A stretch of 64,000 nt of DNA from Euryarchaeota archaeon UBA182. GTDB lineage: Archaea > Thermoplasmatota > Poseidoniia > Poseidoniales > Thalassarchaeaceae. A model generated the notes under the pieces. The model searched no databases, had not been told where the DNA came from, and saw only the letters and a program-made list of their open reading frames with translations. The DNA is taken from contig DAGH01000021.1 in NCBI GenBank assembly GCA_002495675.1, forward strand, positions 8,318-72,317. Direction: 5' to 3'. Shown piece after piece: positions 9,423 through 20,200 of this stretch. The translations under genes and the position numbers were made by a program. Each line of letters begins with the position of its first letter. The stretch's first letter is position 1.

Positions 9423-12400
9423 ATGAGCGACCGACCCGCGATGAAGAGCAAAGCATTGGTACTCATCCTGATACTCTCGACGATGGCCGCTCTGGTGGCA
9501 CCGGCTTCCACCGTATCTGCTCAGAATACTACTAGCTCAGGCTACATCGACTCAATCGAGACATGGTCTGGGACACATACTGTTAGTGGAGACATAATCA
9601 TATCACCGGGTGCCAAGCTAATTATCGAGCCCTCAACTCAAATCACCTTCTCAAATGGTACATCGTTGGAGGCACGTGGGAACCTATGCGTCGGCGCGGC
9701 ATCCTGCGGCGCCTCTCAAGATGCAACTTCTTCCAGTCGCATAACAATGACATGGCTCGAGCCGTCAAACGCCTCTGCAAAGGGCGATTGCAGGGGTATG
9801 ACCTTTGGAACATCCACGCTCAGCATAGACGACCCCTCTTGTGGCGAAGGTATCGTCATCCGCAGTACAATAGACCTCTCAGAGACTGCTCTACGTCAAC
9901 TGGATATAGACTCAGCATGGGGCGTGCCGTTTCCAGTCCCGACTGTGAATCAATTTCGATATGGTGCTTTGGTATTGCAAGGAGCATCCCCCGAATTAGT
10001 CGAATTGGAGTTCACTGATACGAACACATCCAGCGTACTTGCGACAGAATTGGCCCAACCTAGGTTCGTCGGGGGTCTTTACACCGTTGGAAATGACCAG
10101 CAGAGCGGCGTGACAGGAAACGCTGTACAGATATATGGAGGAGGTACAGGGAGTATCCCTATCCTCTTTGAGAATTCAGATTTTGTTTCAACCGAAAGGG
10201 GATGTCGAAATCAGGACAACGGTCGATCCGCTGTATGGGTCGAGGAGTCATTTGCAGAGTTCGTCAACATTAATGTCATCAGTGGGGATTTTGGATTGAG
10301 TTACAGATCCTCTGCTGGAAAAGTTTCCAACTCATCATTGAGTGTAAATTGCAATGGTGTGGACATCAACGGCATGATTACGGTGGGGGCCAAAGAATAT
10401 CCAACCAATATTTCAAACAATATCATCTCCACTGTTGAAGGAACCCCGATAACCGCTTACGCAGGGTCACTGGCTGAGATCCATAACAACGACTTGAGCG
10501 GAGCATCGGGAGGATCTGGCATCGCCGTTCAATCAAGCCGAGCGATAATCCACGGCAATAACATAGGCCCCATAGGTGGTTGGAACGGACTGTGGCTCAT
10601 CGGTTCCTTCGATGTCGATGCCCAGAATAATACGATCAGTGACATAGCTAGGGAGCCCGTGATCGCAGGAGATTACTGGGCTGGAGACAACCCTGACGTC
10701 AGGAGGCTTTACTTCGCAAACAACCAGGTTTCAACCCCCGGTACTGGCAGCTGCCAAAGCAACACACATTGGGGCGGGGAGTTTACTTGCCCAGTAGTCA
10801 TGGTTCACAGGGCTGGGGCAACACTGGTGGACAACGTTTTCACAGCAGGAGGCACGGCGGATGGTATCAGGGCAACTGGGGCCCTTCTGAATGTCCAAAG
10901 GAATACTTGGAACCTGAACGCAGCTGGAGCCGTAATACAAAATTTTGACACTGGGGCTGCTGGAGCCCAACAATATGGATCATTAGCCTTCTTCACCGAT
11001 AATCAGTGGAATGGAGTCACGAGCACCTACGATGTGACGAAATCCTCGGTCACAGTACAATCTGAAACTATCCCGAATGCGGCGGATGGTGAAGTACCAG
11101 TTAGACTTGCTTGGGATGACCAAGAGGCATGGCCAGGGGTAGTCGACAATGACAATGACGGAATCCCCGATGGTGATTGGGACACAAATATCGTGCCACA
11201 TCAGACGAAAAGCTGCGCTATATGCCCAGACTACACCCCTCGCGATTTTCCCCTGGCATTGAACATGGACAACAATTCCACAGTCTTCACATTCTCGAAC
11301 GTATTGAATCTGAATCTATCGAAAATCCAAATAGCGACGCAGCCGACGTTTTACTCCGTTCAAGTTAAGCGGGCCGAAATGGTAAGGTTCCAAGCGATAG
11401 CCAAAGGTTCAGCGGTTCCAGGTGCGAATATCCTGATCGAAGACGGCGTCGGTAACGATCTTTACTCCCTCGAGACTCTCGACGATGGCCGCACACCATG
11501 GATCGCGCTTCCATCAAATTCACACTTAGACTTCAGGGGGCTTCAGGGTGGTGACAATCCAGATGGCTTCGCAGATGACGAGTACGAGGACTCTTGCTCA
11601 GATGGGGTAGACAACGACGGCGATCTACTTTATGATACGCAAGATGACTCATGTGACTATTCAATTGGCTCCCGAGAAATGTCGAAATATTTCGTCACTG
11701 GGTACAAATTTGGTTCAGGATACTATCATTATGACTTCCTGCTTCAGGAGTCAACATACGAGGGTACGGTGGTCCTGGAGAACGACGCACCCTCAATTGG
11801 CGTCGATGAGTCAAGCGATACCTCATTCAAGAGAACTGTCACAATCACAGGTTCAGCATGGGATGGGGAATGGATAGGAGTCTACCCGTCCGCAGAGGAG
11901 TCCATGTGGGCTCAGAAGGGATACGTTCACAGAGTTGAGGTCAAGGACCCATTCACTGGCTCTTGGGATGACGCTGGAGTAGCTACCGATACCTCTGGAA
12001 TGGCTGCTGGAGAAGTCACGGGGACAAATCATCCATTCAGAACATGGGAGTACTCTTTGGACATGTCCTCATACCCTGAGGATGACTACGTCTTCGAGAT
12101 ACGATCATTCGACGGACTCGACTACAGTGAAATCATTACCAAGACAGTCAAACTCAACACACAACCCCCATTGGTCTCCATTTCAGAACCAGCAGATTCG
12201 ACCACCCACAGGAATGATGACAAGAAAATAATATTCTCTGGGACAGCAAACGATGACTATGGATGCCCAACTAATTGCGGCGCTGACATACAGGACGTAT
12301 TTTTCGTTATCGAGGGATCGGAATATTACAGCGATACGCCTGCTGACGCCACTTGGTCCGGGGATACTTGGACCTATGAGTGGAGCTACGCTGCACTTCC

Positions 12401-13670
12401 TAGAATCTCGGACGATTACACTTTCACCATATGGGCTTCTGACTCAGATTTCTGCGTAGGAGTCGTGGGAGAGTGTAATCCTGTAACTTTAACGCTGACA
12501 ATTGACAACGAGAACCGAAACCCACTGATACAGTTGTCCCAGCCCGTAGATGGAACGTACGTAGAGGCATCAGAGAACACAGTGATATCGGGAGTGGCTC
12601 AGGATCCCGATGGCTTAGTGAATAGAATAGACATCGAGATTCGAGACCCAATTGATAGTATCGTCATCGACACAATCACCCTCACAGGCTCAGAAATCGA
12701 TGGTAATTACTGGTCCACCCAATGGGACTCTGGGAACTTACAACATGATCGACCATACACTATCTTCGCTCGTAGCTTTGATGGCATAGGGTACTCACAA
12801 TGGGACCAAATAGAGTTCATTGCGGACAACCCGCCAAACAAAGACAACAATCGGCCAGTATTCGACAACACAGATTGGAAACAGGAGTTTACCCTATATT
12901 GCGATGCTGAGAACCTGGACCTCCTGGATCGGTGTACATTCGCCACAATCAACCTCAATGACCATTTTTCAGACCCCGATGTTGACCAGGACATTATCCT
13001 TGCAGTTGTCGATGACCAACATGCCATCGGCATTAGGATAGACTCCTCAGGAATCGCTACCTATGATCCTGATGTGATGGCCTTCTACACTACGGATATG
13101 TCAGAGTGGACCATGGAGAATGTTGTGTTTATCGCACAAGACGTCTTTGGTTCAAAGGTCCAGTCCGACCCGGTAGACTTCATCGTAATCCCAACAGTAT
13201 TTTCTGTCAATGCCCCGGACCAAACATCTCTTGGATCGGGTGATAAAGGAATATTATTCGACGGAACTGGCATTCCGGGTAGGGCCGTCACTGCGTACAT
13301 CGATTCCAATCCCGCTAATTCGACGGTAGTCAAAGATGACAGCACATGGGAACTCCTCATACCATCCAATAGGATAATCGGAGCCGTGACTCCCCAATTT
13401 ACGATGGGCGTAGGCACGCCAATCGATGGCTCGACGATATCAGATGGTTCAGGTGATGGTGATGGGCTCCCGCTGGGATTGATTGGAGGACTAGTCTTGT
13501 TGATTGCAATTCTAGTTGCCACTGGCGCGAGATTTATCGAGTTTGGTGAAGAAGAGGGGATCCAGGATGACGATCAGACTGAAGGTCAGAGGTATGTCAA
13601 AGACCCAGACAACCCGGGATGGCTGTGGGATGTAGAGGCTGGAGAATGGGTCATTGAGGGCAAAAATTGA
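9423..13670 (+). CDS. Giant secreted, C-terminally anchored surface protein with right-handed parallel beta-helix (PbH1/NosD-like) repeats and Ig/cadherin-like domains
   Basis: ORF track gives 9324..13670. I place the start at ATG 9423 because MSDRPAMKSKALVLILILSTMAALVAPASTVSAQ reads as a signal peptide and this removes the overlap with the S8 gene. Recurrent NISNNIIS, IHNNDLSG, IHGNNIGP, AQNNTISD and FANNQVS turns are typical of PbH1 repeats. DNDNDGIPDGD and CSDGVDNDGDLLYDTQDDSC are Ca-binding-like motifs. The C-terminal TM LIGGLVLLIAILVATG is followed by a ~45-aa acidic tail. The protein has many N-x-S/T sequons. Confidence 0.75.
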   Translation: MSDRPAMKSKALVLILILSTMAALVAPASTVSAQNTTSSGYIDSIETWSGTHTVSGDIIISPGAKLIIEPSTQITFSNGTSLEARGNLCVGAASCGASQDATSSSRITMTWLEPSNASAKGDCRGMTFGTSTLSIDDPSCGEGIVIRSTIDLSETALRQLDIDSAWGVPFPVPTVNQFRYGALVLQGASPELVELEFTDTNTSSVLATELAQPRFVGGLYTVGNDQQSGVTGNAVQIYGGGTGSIPILFENSDFVSTERGCRNQDNGRSAVWVEESFAEFVNINVISGDFGLSYRSSAGKVSNSSLSVNCNGVDINGMITVGAKEYPTNISNNIISTVEGTPITAYAGSLAEIHNNDLSGASGGSGIAVQSSRAIIHGNNIGPIGGWNGLWLIGSFDVDAQNNTISDIAREPVIAGDYWAGDNPDVRRLYFANNQVSTPGTGSCQSNTHWGGEFTCPVVMVHRAGATLVDNVFTAGGTADGIRATGALLNVQRNTWNLNAAGAVIQNFDTGAAGAQQYGSLAFFTDNQWNGVTSTYDVTKSSVTVQSETIPNAADGEVPVRLAWDDQEAWPGVVDNDNDGIPDGDWDTNIVPHQTKSCAICPDYTPRDFPLALNMDNNSTVFTFSNVLNLNLSKIQIATQPTFYSVQVKRAEMVRFQAIAKGSAVPGANILIEDGVGNDLYSLETLDDGRTPWIALPSNSHLDFRGLQGGDNPDGFADDEYEDSCSDGVDNDGDLLYDTQDDSCDYSIGSREMSKYFVTGYKFGSGYYHYDFLLQESTYEGTVVLENDAPSIGVDESSDTSFKRTVTITGSAWDGEWIGVYPSAEESMWAQKGYVHRVEVKDPFTGSWDDAGVATDTSGMAAGEVTGTNHPFRTWEYSLDMSSYPEDDYVFEIRSFDGLDYSEIITKTVKLNTQPPLVSISEPADSTTHRNDDKKIIFSGTANDDYGCPTNCGADIQDVFFVIEGSEYYSDTPADATWSGDTWTYEWSYAALPRISDDYTFTIWASDSDFCVGVVGECNPVTLTLTIDNENRNPLIQLSQPVDGTYVEASENTVISGVAQDPDGLVNRIDIEIRDPIDSIVIDTITLTGSEIDGNYWSTQWDSGNLQHDRPYTIFARSFDGIGYSQWDQIEFIADNPPNKDNNRPVFDNTDWKQEFTLYCDAENLDLLDRCTFATINLNDHFSDPDVDQDIILAVVDDQHAIGIRIDSSGIATYDPDVMAFYTTDMSEWTMENVVFIAQDVFGSKVQSDPVDFIVIPTVFSVNAPDQTSLGSGDKGILFDGTGIPGRAVTAYIDSNPANSTVVKDDSTWELLIPSNRIIGAVTPQFTMGVGTPIDGSTISDGSGDGDGLPLGLIGGLVLLIAILVATGARFIEFGEEEGIQDDDQTEGQRYVKDPDNPGWLWDVEAGEWVIEGKN

Positions 13671-13734
13671 GTATTCCCCGATTACGATCATCTGTAAACA
13701 ATCCTTTTCATTGAGAAGGACGTAGGGTAAGATC

Positions 13735-16260
13735 GTGTCTCGTCATAATACCGCCCGGCCTGGTGTGCAAATACGCATACTGCTCCATCTTAGGGACTAC
13801 GCTGATTTCCGGGATAGGGTCGAGGTACCCTTTGCATTATCTCAGATGGGTATAGCGAATGCGGTATCAATCGCTAGGTCAAACGTACCTAGGGCGATTG
13901 GCTCTTTGAAGGAATCCGGTTATGTAATCGAAAGACAGGCACATATCACAGGGGTCACAAGGAAAAGAAAGGCATACTTCTTGACCGACGAAGGGGTATC
14001 GCTTTCGGACGAAGTATGGGAATCAGTGTCGGAAAAATTAGTGAAAACTATCCAATCAGGAGGGGTTATTGAAGAACTTTCAATAGCGGATTTGGTTTCA
14101 AAATCGGAGATTGAGCTACGGCATGTTGACATTCTGAGGTATATGGATGATGATGCGACAATCGATCTAACAAGCCTGAACCCCGGACTCATTGAGAGGG
14201 ACTTGACCAAACACATTGAACGACAATTCGTCTCATCTCTGGCAGACATGCCTCGTGTCAGGCAATTTTATGGTAGGGACGAGGAGTTGGATCAAATTGC
14301 AACCCTCCTTGAGGAATCATCAACATCGGTGATTGTCCCAGGAATTGCTGGAATAGGCAAAACAGCCCTTGCAGTTAAGGTGATCGAACGGTTCACTCAC
14401 AGGAGGAATCTGCTGTTCCACAGATGCCAGGAGTGGGATGGATCACGCGCCTTTCTGGAGGCTATCGGGGAGTGGCAGGGCCTCCTGGGTCAAACAGAGT
14501 TGTCAGATTATCTCCAAGGCGCCCAAACCCCCAATCCCTCTATTTGCTCCAACTTAATCATAGAGGGGTTGAATAGGACACCTTCTCTGATAGTTGTCGA
14601 TGACGTTCATAAAATAAGCGATGAGGCACTAGCATCCATCCTAGTCTCTGTTTCTGAAAGGATAGATGAATGTAAGGAATCAGGAATAGTCCTCTTCACG
14701 AGATCATTCAGGAGGATGATTCCAGAGTTCGACACTAGGGGCAGAAGGGTCTCCACCTATCTGAGGCTCGATGGCCTGGATCGCGATGCAAGCAGGCAAC
14801 TCCTTAGTTCCATGCCCGCCATACAAGACCCCGACTTCTCTCACATTTACGCCTTATCTAGAGGGCACCCACTAGTACTGGAACTGATCAACAGAGGAAA
14901 TCTGGCTCATTCGGTACACACAACTCTTGAGGCATTCATAGAGAAGGAGATATTCAGCAGGCTCACCTCAGACGAAAAGAACATTCTGGGCGCAATCTCT
15001 GTGTTCAGAGAGCCCATCCCTGTGGAGGCACTCCCCAAGAAGACAACCTCAGACTCCATTGAGAGCCTGATCAATAGAGGCTTAGCACGGAGGGCAAACC
15101 AAGATGAGTTAGATGTGCATGATTTGGTCAGGGAATTCTCATCTAGGTCGATGGATGAGCAAATACAACGAGACTTGCATAAACATGCTGCTGAATGGTA
15201 TGGAAAACAGTCAATGACAACCGGAGATCGAATAGAACACCTTCATCATCTGAATATGGCCAATGATCTCGATGCCCTTGCAGGAGTACTGAAAAGCCAT
15301 GGCCAGGATTTGGTGAAAGGCGGTCATACAGAACTGCTCGGAATTCTCAGGGCCATAGACGATGACGGACTTGACCCTGATACACAGTCAATGGTGCATG
15401 AGCTCTCCGGTGAAATTTTACTCATTCAAGGAATATGGGACGAGGCAGAAAAGGAGCTCGACTCCGCAGCATCCATTGCAAAGCGCATGAAGAATCCACG
15501 AAGAATGTCGAGAATCCTCTCAACGCAGGCCGATCTCGAGGTCAAGCGTGGCGCCCTAGACGATGCTCTTGAGACGCTGCGGCAAGCACTCGGCCTTCAA
15601 ATCAAGACAAATGACGCCAAGGGAGCTGCAGACTCATACATTAGCATGGGTGCAATATTCAGGCAAAGAAGGGACGATCGTAGGGCAAGAGAGGTTTATC
15701 AGAACGTTGAGGAAATGCTAGAGGTCGAAGATGCAGGAGTACTGATATCGGCACGGTTGAGACTAGCCGATGGCTTCCTCGAGATCGGGGAGTCTGAGAA
15801 AGCAAGGGAACATGCCATGAGCGTTCATGATTTGTCTCTGGAATTGAATGAGCACCAACTACACGCACGATCGAGGGTAATTCTTGGAAGATATTATGCG
15901 AAGACCAAAGACTCGGAGCTTTCCTTACTACACTATAACGCGGCACTTGAGACGTTCTCAGAAGAAGCCAATCCGACCAATGCTGTTGAGACAGAGATGC
16001 TGCTGGGTCAGGTTCTGGTTGATGTTGGCAGAACTTCTGAGGCTTCAGAACACTACTTGGATGCCCTCTCCATTGCCGAAGCGAACGACTTCAGGCTACT
16101 GCAAGCGGAAATTCTAGCTCGATTGGGGACAATCAGAGGTGACAGATCCGAGAGGGTCGCATACCTCCAAAGATCCCTGTCCGTATTCAAAGACCTAGGG
16201 GCCCATACAAGGATGAAGGAAATTCAAAATTCAGTGCATAGGGCATTAATGGGAAGGTAA
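13735..16260 (+). CDS. STAND-class P-loop NTPase with N-terminal winged-helix DNA-binding domain and C-terminal TPR repeats (putative signal-sensing regulator)
   Basis: 841 aa with a GTG start. The N-terminal wHTH-like segment is LSQMGIANAVSIARSNVPRAIGSLKESGYVIERQ...RKAYFLTDEG. Walker A is VPGIAGIGKTALAV and Walker B is SLIVVDDVHKI. The C-terminal ~300 aa has TPR-like periodicity (AKGAADSYISMGAIFRQRRDDRRAREVYQ; LLGQVLVDVGRTSEASEHYLDALSIAE). Confidence 0.7.
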   Translation: MSRHNTARPGVQIRILLHLRDYADFRDRVEVPFALSQMGIANAVSIARSNVPRAIGSLKESGYVIERQAHITGVTRKRKAYFLTDEGVSLSDEVWESVSEKLVKTIQSGGVIEELSIADLVSKSEIELRHVDILRYMDDDATIDLTSLNPGLIERDLTKHIERQFVSSLADMPRVRQFYGRDEELDQIATLLEESSTSVIVPGIAGIGKTALAVKVIERFTHRRNLLFHRCQEWDGSRAFLEAIGEWQGLLGQTELSDYLQGAQTPNPSICSNLIIEGLNRTPSLIVVDDVHKISDEALASILVSVSERIDECKESGIVLFTRSFRRMIPEFDTRGRRVSTYLRLDGLDRDASRQLLSSMPAIQDPDFSHIYALSRGHPLVLELINRGNLAHSVHTTLEAFIEKEIFSRLTSDEKNILGAISVFREPIPVEALPKKTTSDSIESLINRGLARRANQDELDVHDLVREFSSRSMDEQIQRDLHKHAAEWYGKQSMTTGDRIEHLHHLNMANDLDALAGVLKSHGQDLVKGGHTELLGILRAIDDDGLDPDTQSMVHELSGEILLIQGIWDEAEKELDSAASIAKRMKNPRRMSRILSTQADLEVKRGALDDALETLRQALGLQIKTNDAKGAADSYISMGAIFRQRRDDRRAREVYQNVEEMLEVEDAGVLISARLRLADGFLEIGESEKAREHAMSVHDLSLELNEHQLHARSRVILGRYYAKTKDSELSLLHYNAALETFSEEANPTNAVETEMLLGQVLVDVGRTSEASEHYLDALSIAEANDFRLLQAEILARLGTIRGDRSERVAYLQRSLSVFKDLGAHTRMKEIQNSVHRALMGR

Positions 16261-17169
16261 TCAGTGATCTATCGAAATTCTCCTGCTGGCATTTTCTCCT
16301 ATTCTGTGTGTAAATTCAGGACCTATCTTCCCGGAGATTGATAGGTCACCATCGAAGGAATCGTGAATTTTCATCAAGGCTTCGCTTTCTGCTATGTGAG
16401 GGGCGTTGTTTTTCTCAGAAAGGTGGCAGAGCACAATAGATTTCGTTGATGCAGTGACTACATCTCGCAGGATGTTTGCGGTTTGGAGATTGGACAAGTG
16501 GCCACCACGCCCAGAAATCCTTCTTTTCAGTGAGTCGGGGTAAGGGCCGTTGAGAAGCCTATTATGATCATAATTTGCCTCTATGGAGATATGGGAACAT
16601 CCCATTAGATGCTTCTTCAACTCATCTGTGGCTTCACCCAAATCAGTGACGTAAGCAGCCCTTTCCCCTCCGGTGAAAATAATGAAAGCAACATTGTCTG
16701 CGTCATCGTGGGGCACTGGAATCGGCATGACGCTAACGTTATGATTGATCTCAATTCGATCTAGATCCGAAAAGGTTCGGACCTCCGACATAGGCTGCCA
16801 ACCCAACCTAATCGCGGTTTCCAAGTTAGAATGTAATCTTGCACCCCATTTTTTCGAAGATTTCAATGCGGATTTAGAGTGATCTGCATGATGATGAGTG
16901 ATGAGGATATGGTCAACCTGGCTCGGATTTATTCCTGCTAAAAAAAGCCTTTTTTCCATCTGCCTTGTTGATAGCCCGCAATCTATCAAAAATACCGTGT
17001 CCTCGTTTTTGTACACCACTGAATTGCCTGAGCTACCAGAGCCTAGGTGTGTAATCTCGAGGGGCACAACACCAGCGTGCGTAAGTCGATCAATGAATGA
17101 ATCTGTCCTAGGATTGCGAGCATAGGCATTGCCAGAATTATGGCCGTCGTACGAACACCGCTCCATCAT
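16261..17169 (-). CDS. Metallo-beta-lactamase-fold hydrolase (YycJ/PhnP-like)
   Basis: ORF track gives 16261..17226. The MBL signature ILITHHHADHSK (HxHxDH) is present, along with N-terminal THLGSGSSGNS, FLIDCG, and C-terminal GGHLSN. The start is uncertain; I chose the internal MMERCSY methionine to limit overlap with the divergent gene. Confidence 0.75.
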   Translation of the reverse strand: MMERCSYDGHNSGNAYARNPRTDSFIDRLTHAGVVPLEITHLGSGSSGNSVVYKNEDTVFLIDCGLSTRQMEKRLFLAGINPSQVDHILITHHHADHSKSALKSSKKWGARLHSNLETAIRLGWQPMSEVRTFSDLDRIEINHNVSVMPIPVPHDDADNVAFIIFTGGERAAYVTDLGEATDELKKHLMGCSHISIEANYDHNRLLNGPYPDSLKRRISGRGGHLSNLQTANILRDVVTASTKSIVLCHLSEKNNAPHIAESEALMKIHDSFDGDLSISGKIGPEFTHRIGENASRRISIDH

Positions 17170-17211
17170 GGTGATATATGGTCTGAGAATCAACGGAGGG
17201 CGGGGACCCAC

Positions 17212-20200
17212 ATGAGGAGGAAACAAACAGCTGCTTTCCTCGCTATAATCATGCTTTCAAGCGTCCTCTTCCTTTCCCAGACTAGGCCACAGAGCCCTGT
17301 CGGAACCACTAACCCAGAAGAGGCAATCGGAGGAGCACCAATCGCCGTCGACACAGACGAGGATCTAATCCCAGATGTCCATGAGAGCGCCTTTTCTGAA
17401 CCTCTTCGTATTGCTACATTGGAGGGTGACTTCACTGTGACAGGGTTAGATCCACTGGACTCCACGGACAACCTCAGCGATTATGACAGAGATGGCGCAA
17501 GTGCCCTGCAGGAATTCTGCTGGCCATACAGCCTAGAGTCCTGTTTTACTACCAGATTATCCTTAACAGGAAAATCCCCTGAGGAAACAGAGAGCGGATT
17601 CAGGGAGTATCTGGATCCAAGGCGGTCAGACACTGATGGGGATGGCCTTCCAGATGGCTTTGAGATCAGCATGTGCACAGATGGAGGAGCCGGATACATT
17701 GATCAGGCATCTACCGCTTGGGTGTGCCTCCACTTTGACCCACTGGACCCCCGGGATGCAATCGAGGATCCAGATCAATGCCTGGGCCTACTTGAATGGG
17801 GCTGCGGAGATGGATATGATTTCGACAGAGACGGAATACTAGAACCCGGGGAGCGTTTCACGAGCTCGGAAGAATACAGGTATGCTCAGCCTGATGGTTG
17901 GATCGATGAGAGAGACGGACTCTGGTGCCAGGGTCCTATACCAGGGATAACCGAAGGAGCATGCCAATCTATGATGGAGTCAGAAACTGGATTGCCCGGT
18001 TGGCTGGGTAGCGACCCAAGGTACCCAGATTCCGACACATTCGCCATCGTTGACGGAGTTCCTACGCCACTAGCAGTGAGTGGCGATGGAATAACTGATG
18101 GCTGGGAACATCACTACGGCCTAGATCCCAGGAATGCATCAGATGCGATCCTTGACTCTGATCAGGATGGGTGGGATTCAAACAGAGACGGAATCGTAGC
18201 CCCTGACAACTCAATCGCCACGTCGATGTGGGGCGAGGCACTTAGTAACTATGAGGAGTTCAAGATATCACAAGACGATGGATACTCAGTTCGGCCCGGT
18301 TTGTATCTCAGCTCGGTGGAGCGACCGCTGGATGCAGATTTTTTGACCGAGACGTCACAACCGAGAATTTCGGACTCGGCGATAGTCGGCACCCACGTAT
18401 CGGAAAACCAAGGAATTGTCGTAATCGCCTCTAAAAACGGAGTGACAATCCTAGATCCATTATCCTACACGACCCAAATCTTCGACCAACCTGTGCCTGG
18501 AACAATATCTGATTCCTTGCTAATATCTCTGGCGGACAACTCTGTCGCCCTCGTACTAACATCTAATCTCGGTATCGGAGCATTTCAACTCACGCAAGAA
18601 GGTCTTAACCTCGACTCGTCCATCTTCCTTCAATCAGACCCAATATTGTCCGCTAACCCATTGTCAACATCAATGGGGCCAGGGGCCCTCCTCATTTTCG
18701 GAAAAGATGGGAATGTGCACACAACAAGGGTCAATGTTGACCAAGGGGCTATTTCAATCGAGAATCCCACAACCGTGGAGGTGCTTGAACAGACTCTCAG
18801 ATCTAGAAACGCTACGGGGTCCATTTCTCTACATGTCGACAGACCGGGCGACACACCCCTTCTTTTGGTCGGTACGGACGCAGGGTTGATCCGCTGGACG
18901 ACCAATGATCTCTCAGATACCTTCGGATCACCTATCTGGGTATACACCAGGGACAATGCAGAGACCTTTGTTGGAATTGCAGACTTACTTAATTCATCTA
19001 AATCGGCTGTTGTGAACCTGCTTGAGCCTGCGGGCATACTTACCAGCAATGGGCAGATTGGGCAGGTGACAGGTGTGTGGCTAGGAACTCCCTCGGGCAT
19101 TCATTTCATCGATCTTGAGGATCTAATATTTGACCCACTTTTCGCCATATCAAACGACAGAATGTTCAATCCTGAAGCATGGTTGTCCGGTGGGAATGAC
19201 GTACTATCTATCGAACAAATCCCGGGCATGCTCCTCGTTGGCTCAAGGGATGGTTTGTGGGCATTAGAAGGCGATGGTAGTGGAATATTGGGCATGATCG
19301 AACCCCCCGTCACTATGCAAGGTCCAATTTCGGATGTTGTCTCCTGGATTTCCGATGGCGAACAGTGGATAGCCTCTGGGGTTGAATCTGGACAATACAT
19401 GAATATCCACCCAATTGATCCGACATCTCCTGACTCTGATTACGACGGCATGCCCGATGGATGGGAGTTCTATCATGGCCTTGATCCAACGGACCCATTC
19501 GATGCACCGCGCGACGAGGATACCGATGGATTCGATGTTGATGGGCCATTCGGATTTGAAGCTCCGTGGACAAACTTAGACGAATTTCGCTACATCTCCA
19601 TATCCGAAAACGGATCGAATGGAACTGACCCTCGATTAGTAGACTCTGATGGAGATGGCCTATCCGATGGGGAGGAGTATTGGGGATGGTTTTACGACTC
19701 TACTTTATTTCAGTGCCACTATCTGTCAACCGGTGGACCTGGTACACCACAACAGATATGCGATGAATCGGACGGCATTCTCGCCAGGCAGGTCCATTTG
19801 GCAGGTTGGCTTAATTCCGGATCAGGAGGCGGGACAGACGTTCCAACAGACCCAACGAACCCAGATACTGACGGGGATGGGATGCCAGATGGATGGGAGG
19901 TCAAAAACAGACGCTGGATAGGTGTTGACTATACGGGAGGAAATCTTTGGACGCTAGACCCCCTTGACCCATCAGATGCAAACAAAGATGCAGATGGTGA
20001 TGGCCTAACTAATGCGTGTGAGTATCGTTGGTCGGTTTTGTTGGAGACCGTCAGGGAGAATGGCCTGACAACACACGGAGAGTCGGCCCAAAGCGCTGCA
20101 TCGTGGGTCGCGACTGATCCAAACCTCATTGACTCCGACGGCGACTCCTTGCCTGATGGTTGGGAAGCTCGCTACGCATGCTCATGGAATCTAAACAATA

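Noticed and set aside
17140-17226. Mutually overlapping 5' extensions of the divergent track ORFs 17140..22956 (+) and 16261..17226 (-)
   Set aside because: Internal methionines (17212 for the giant, giving a signal peptide; ~17169 for the MBL protein) give sensible N-termini and leave a short divergent spacer. The extensions are most likely non-coding.
18630-19100. Antisense or out-of-frame ORFs inside the giant genes (e.g. 18630..19100, 3104..3448, 13085..13522, 44582..45124, 45629..46054, 20967..21422)
   Set aside because: Each is embedded in a much longer ORF with coherent domain and repeat structure. Long uninterrupted sense frames commonly generate spurious antisense ORFs.
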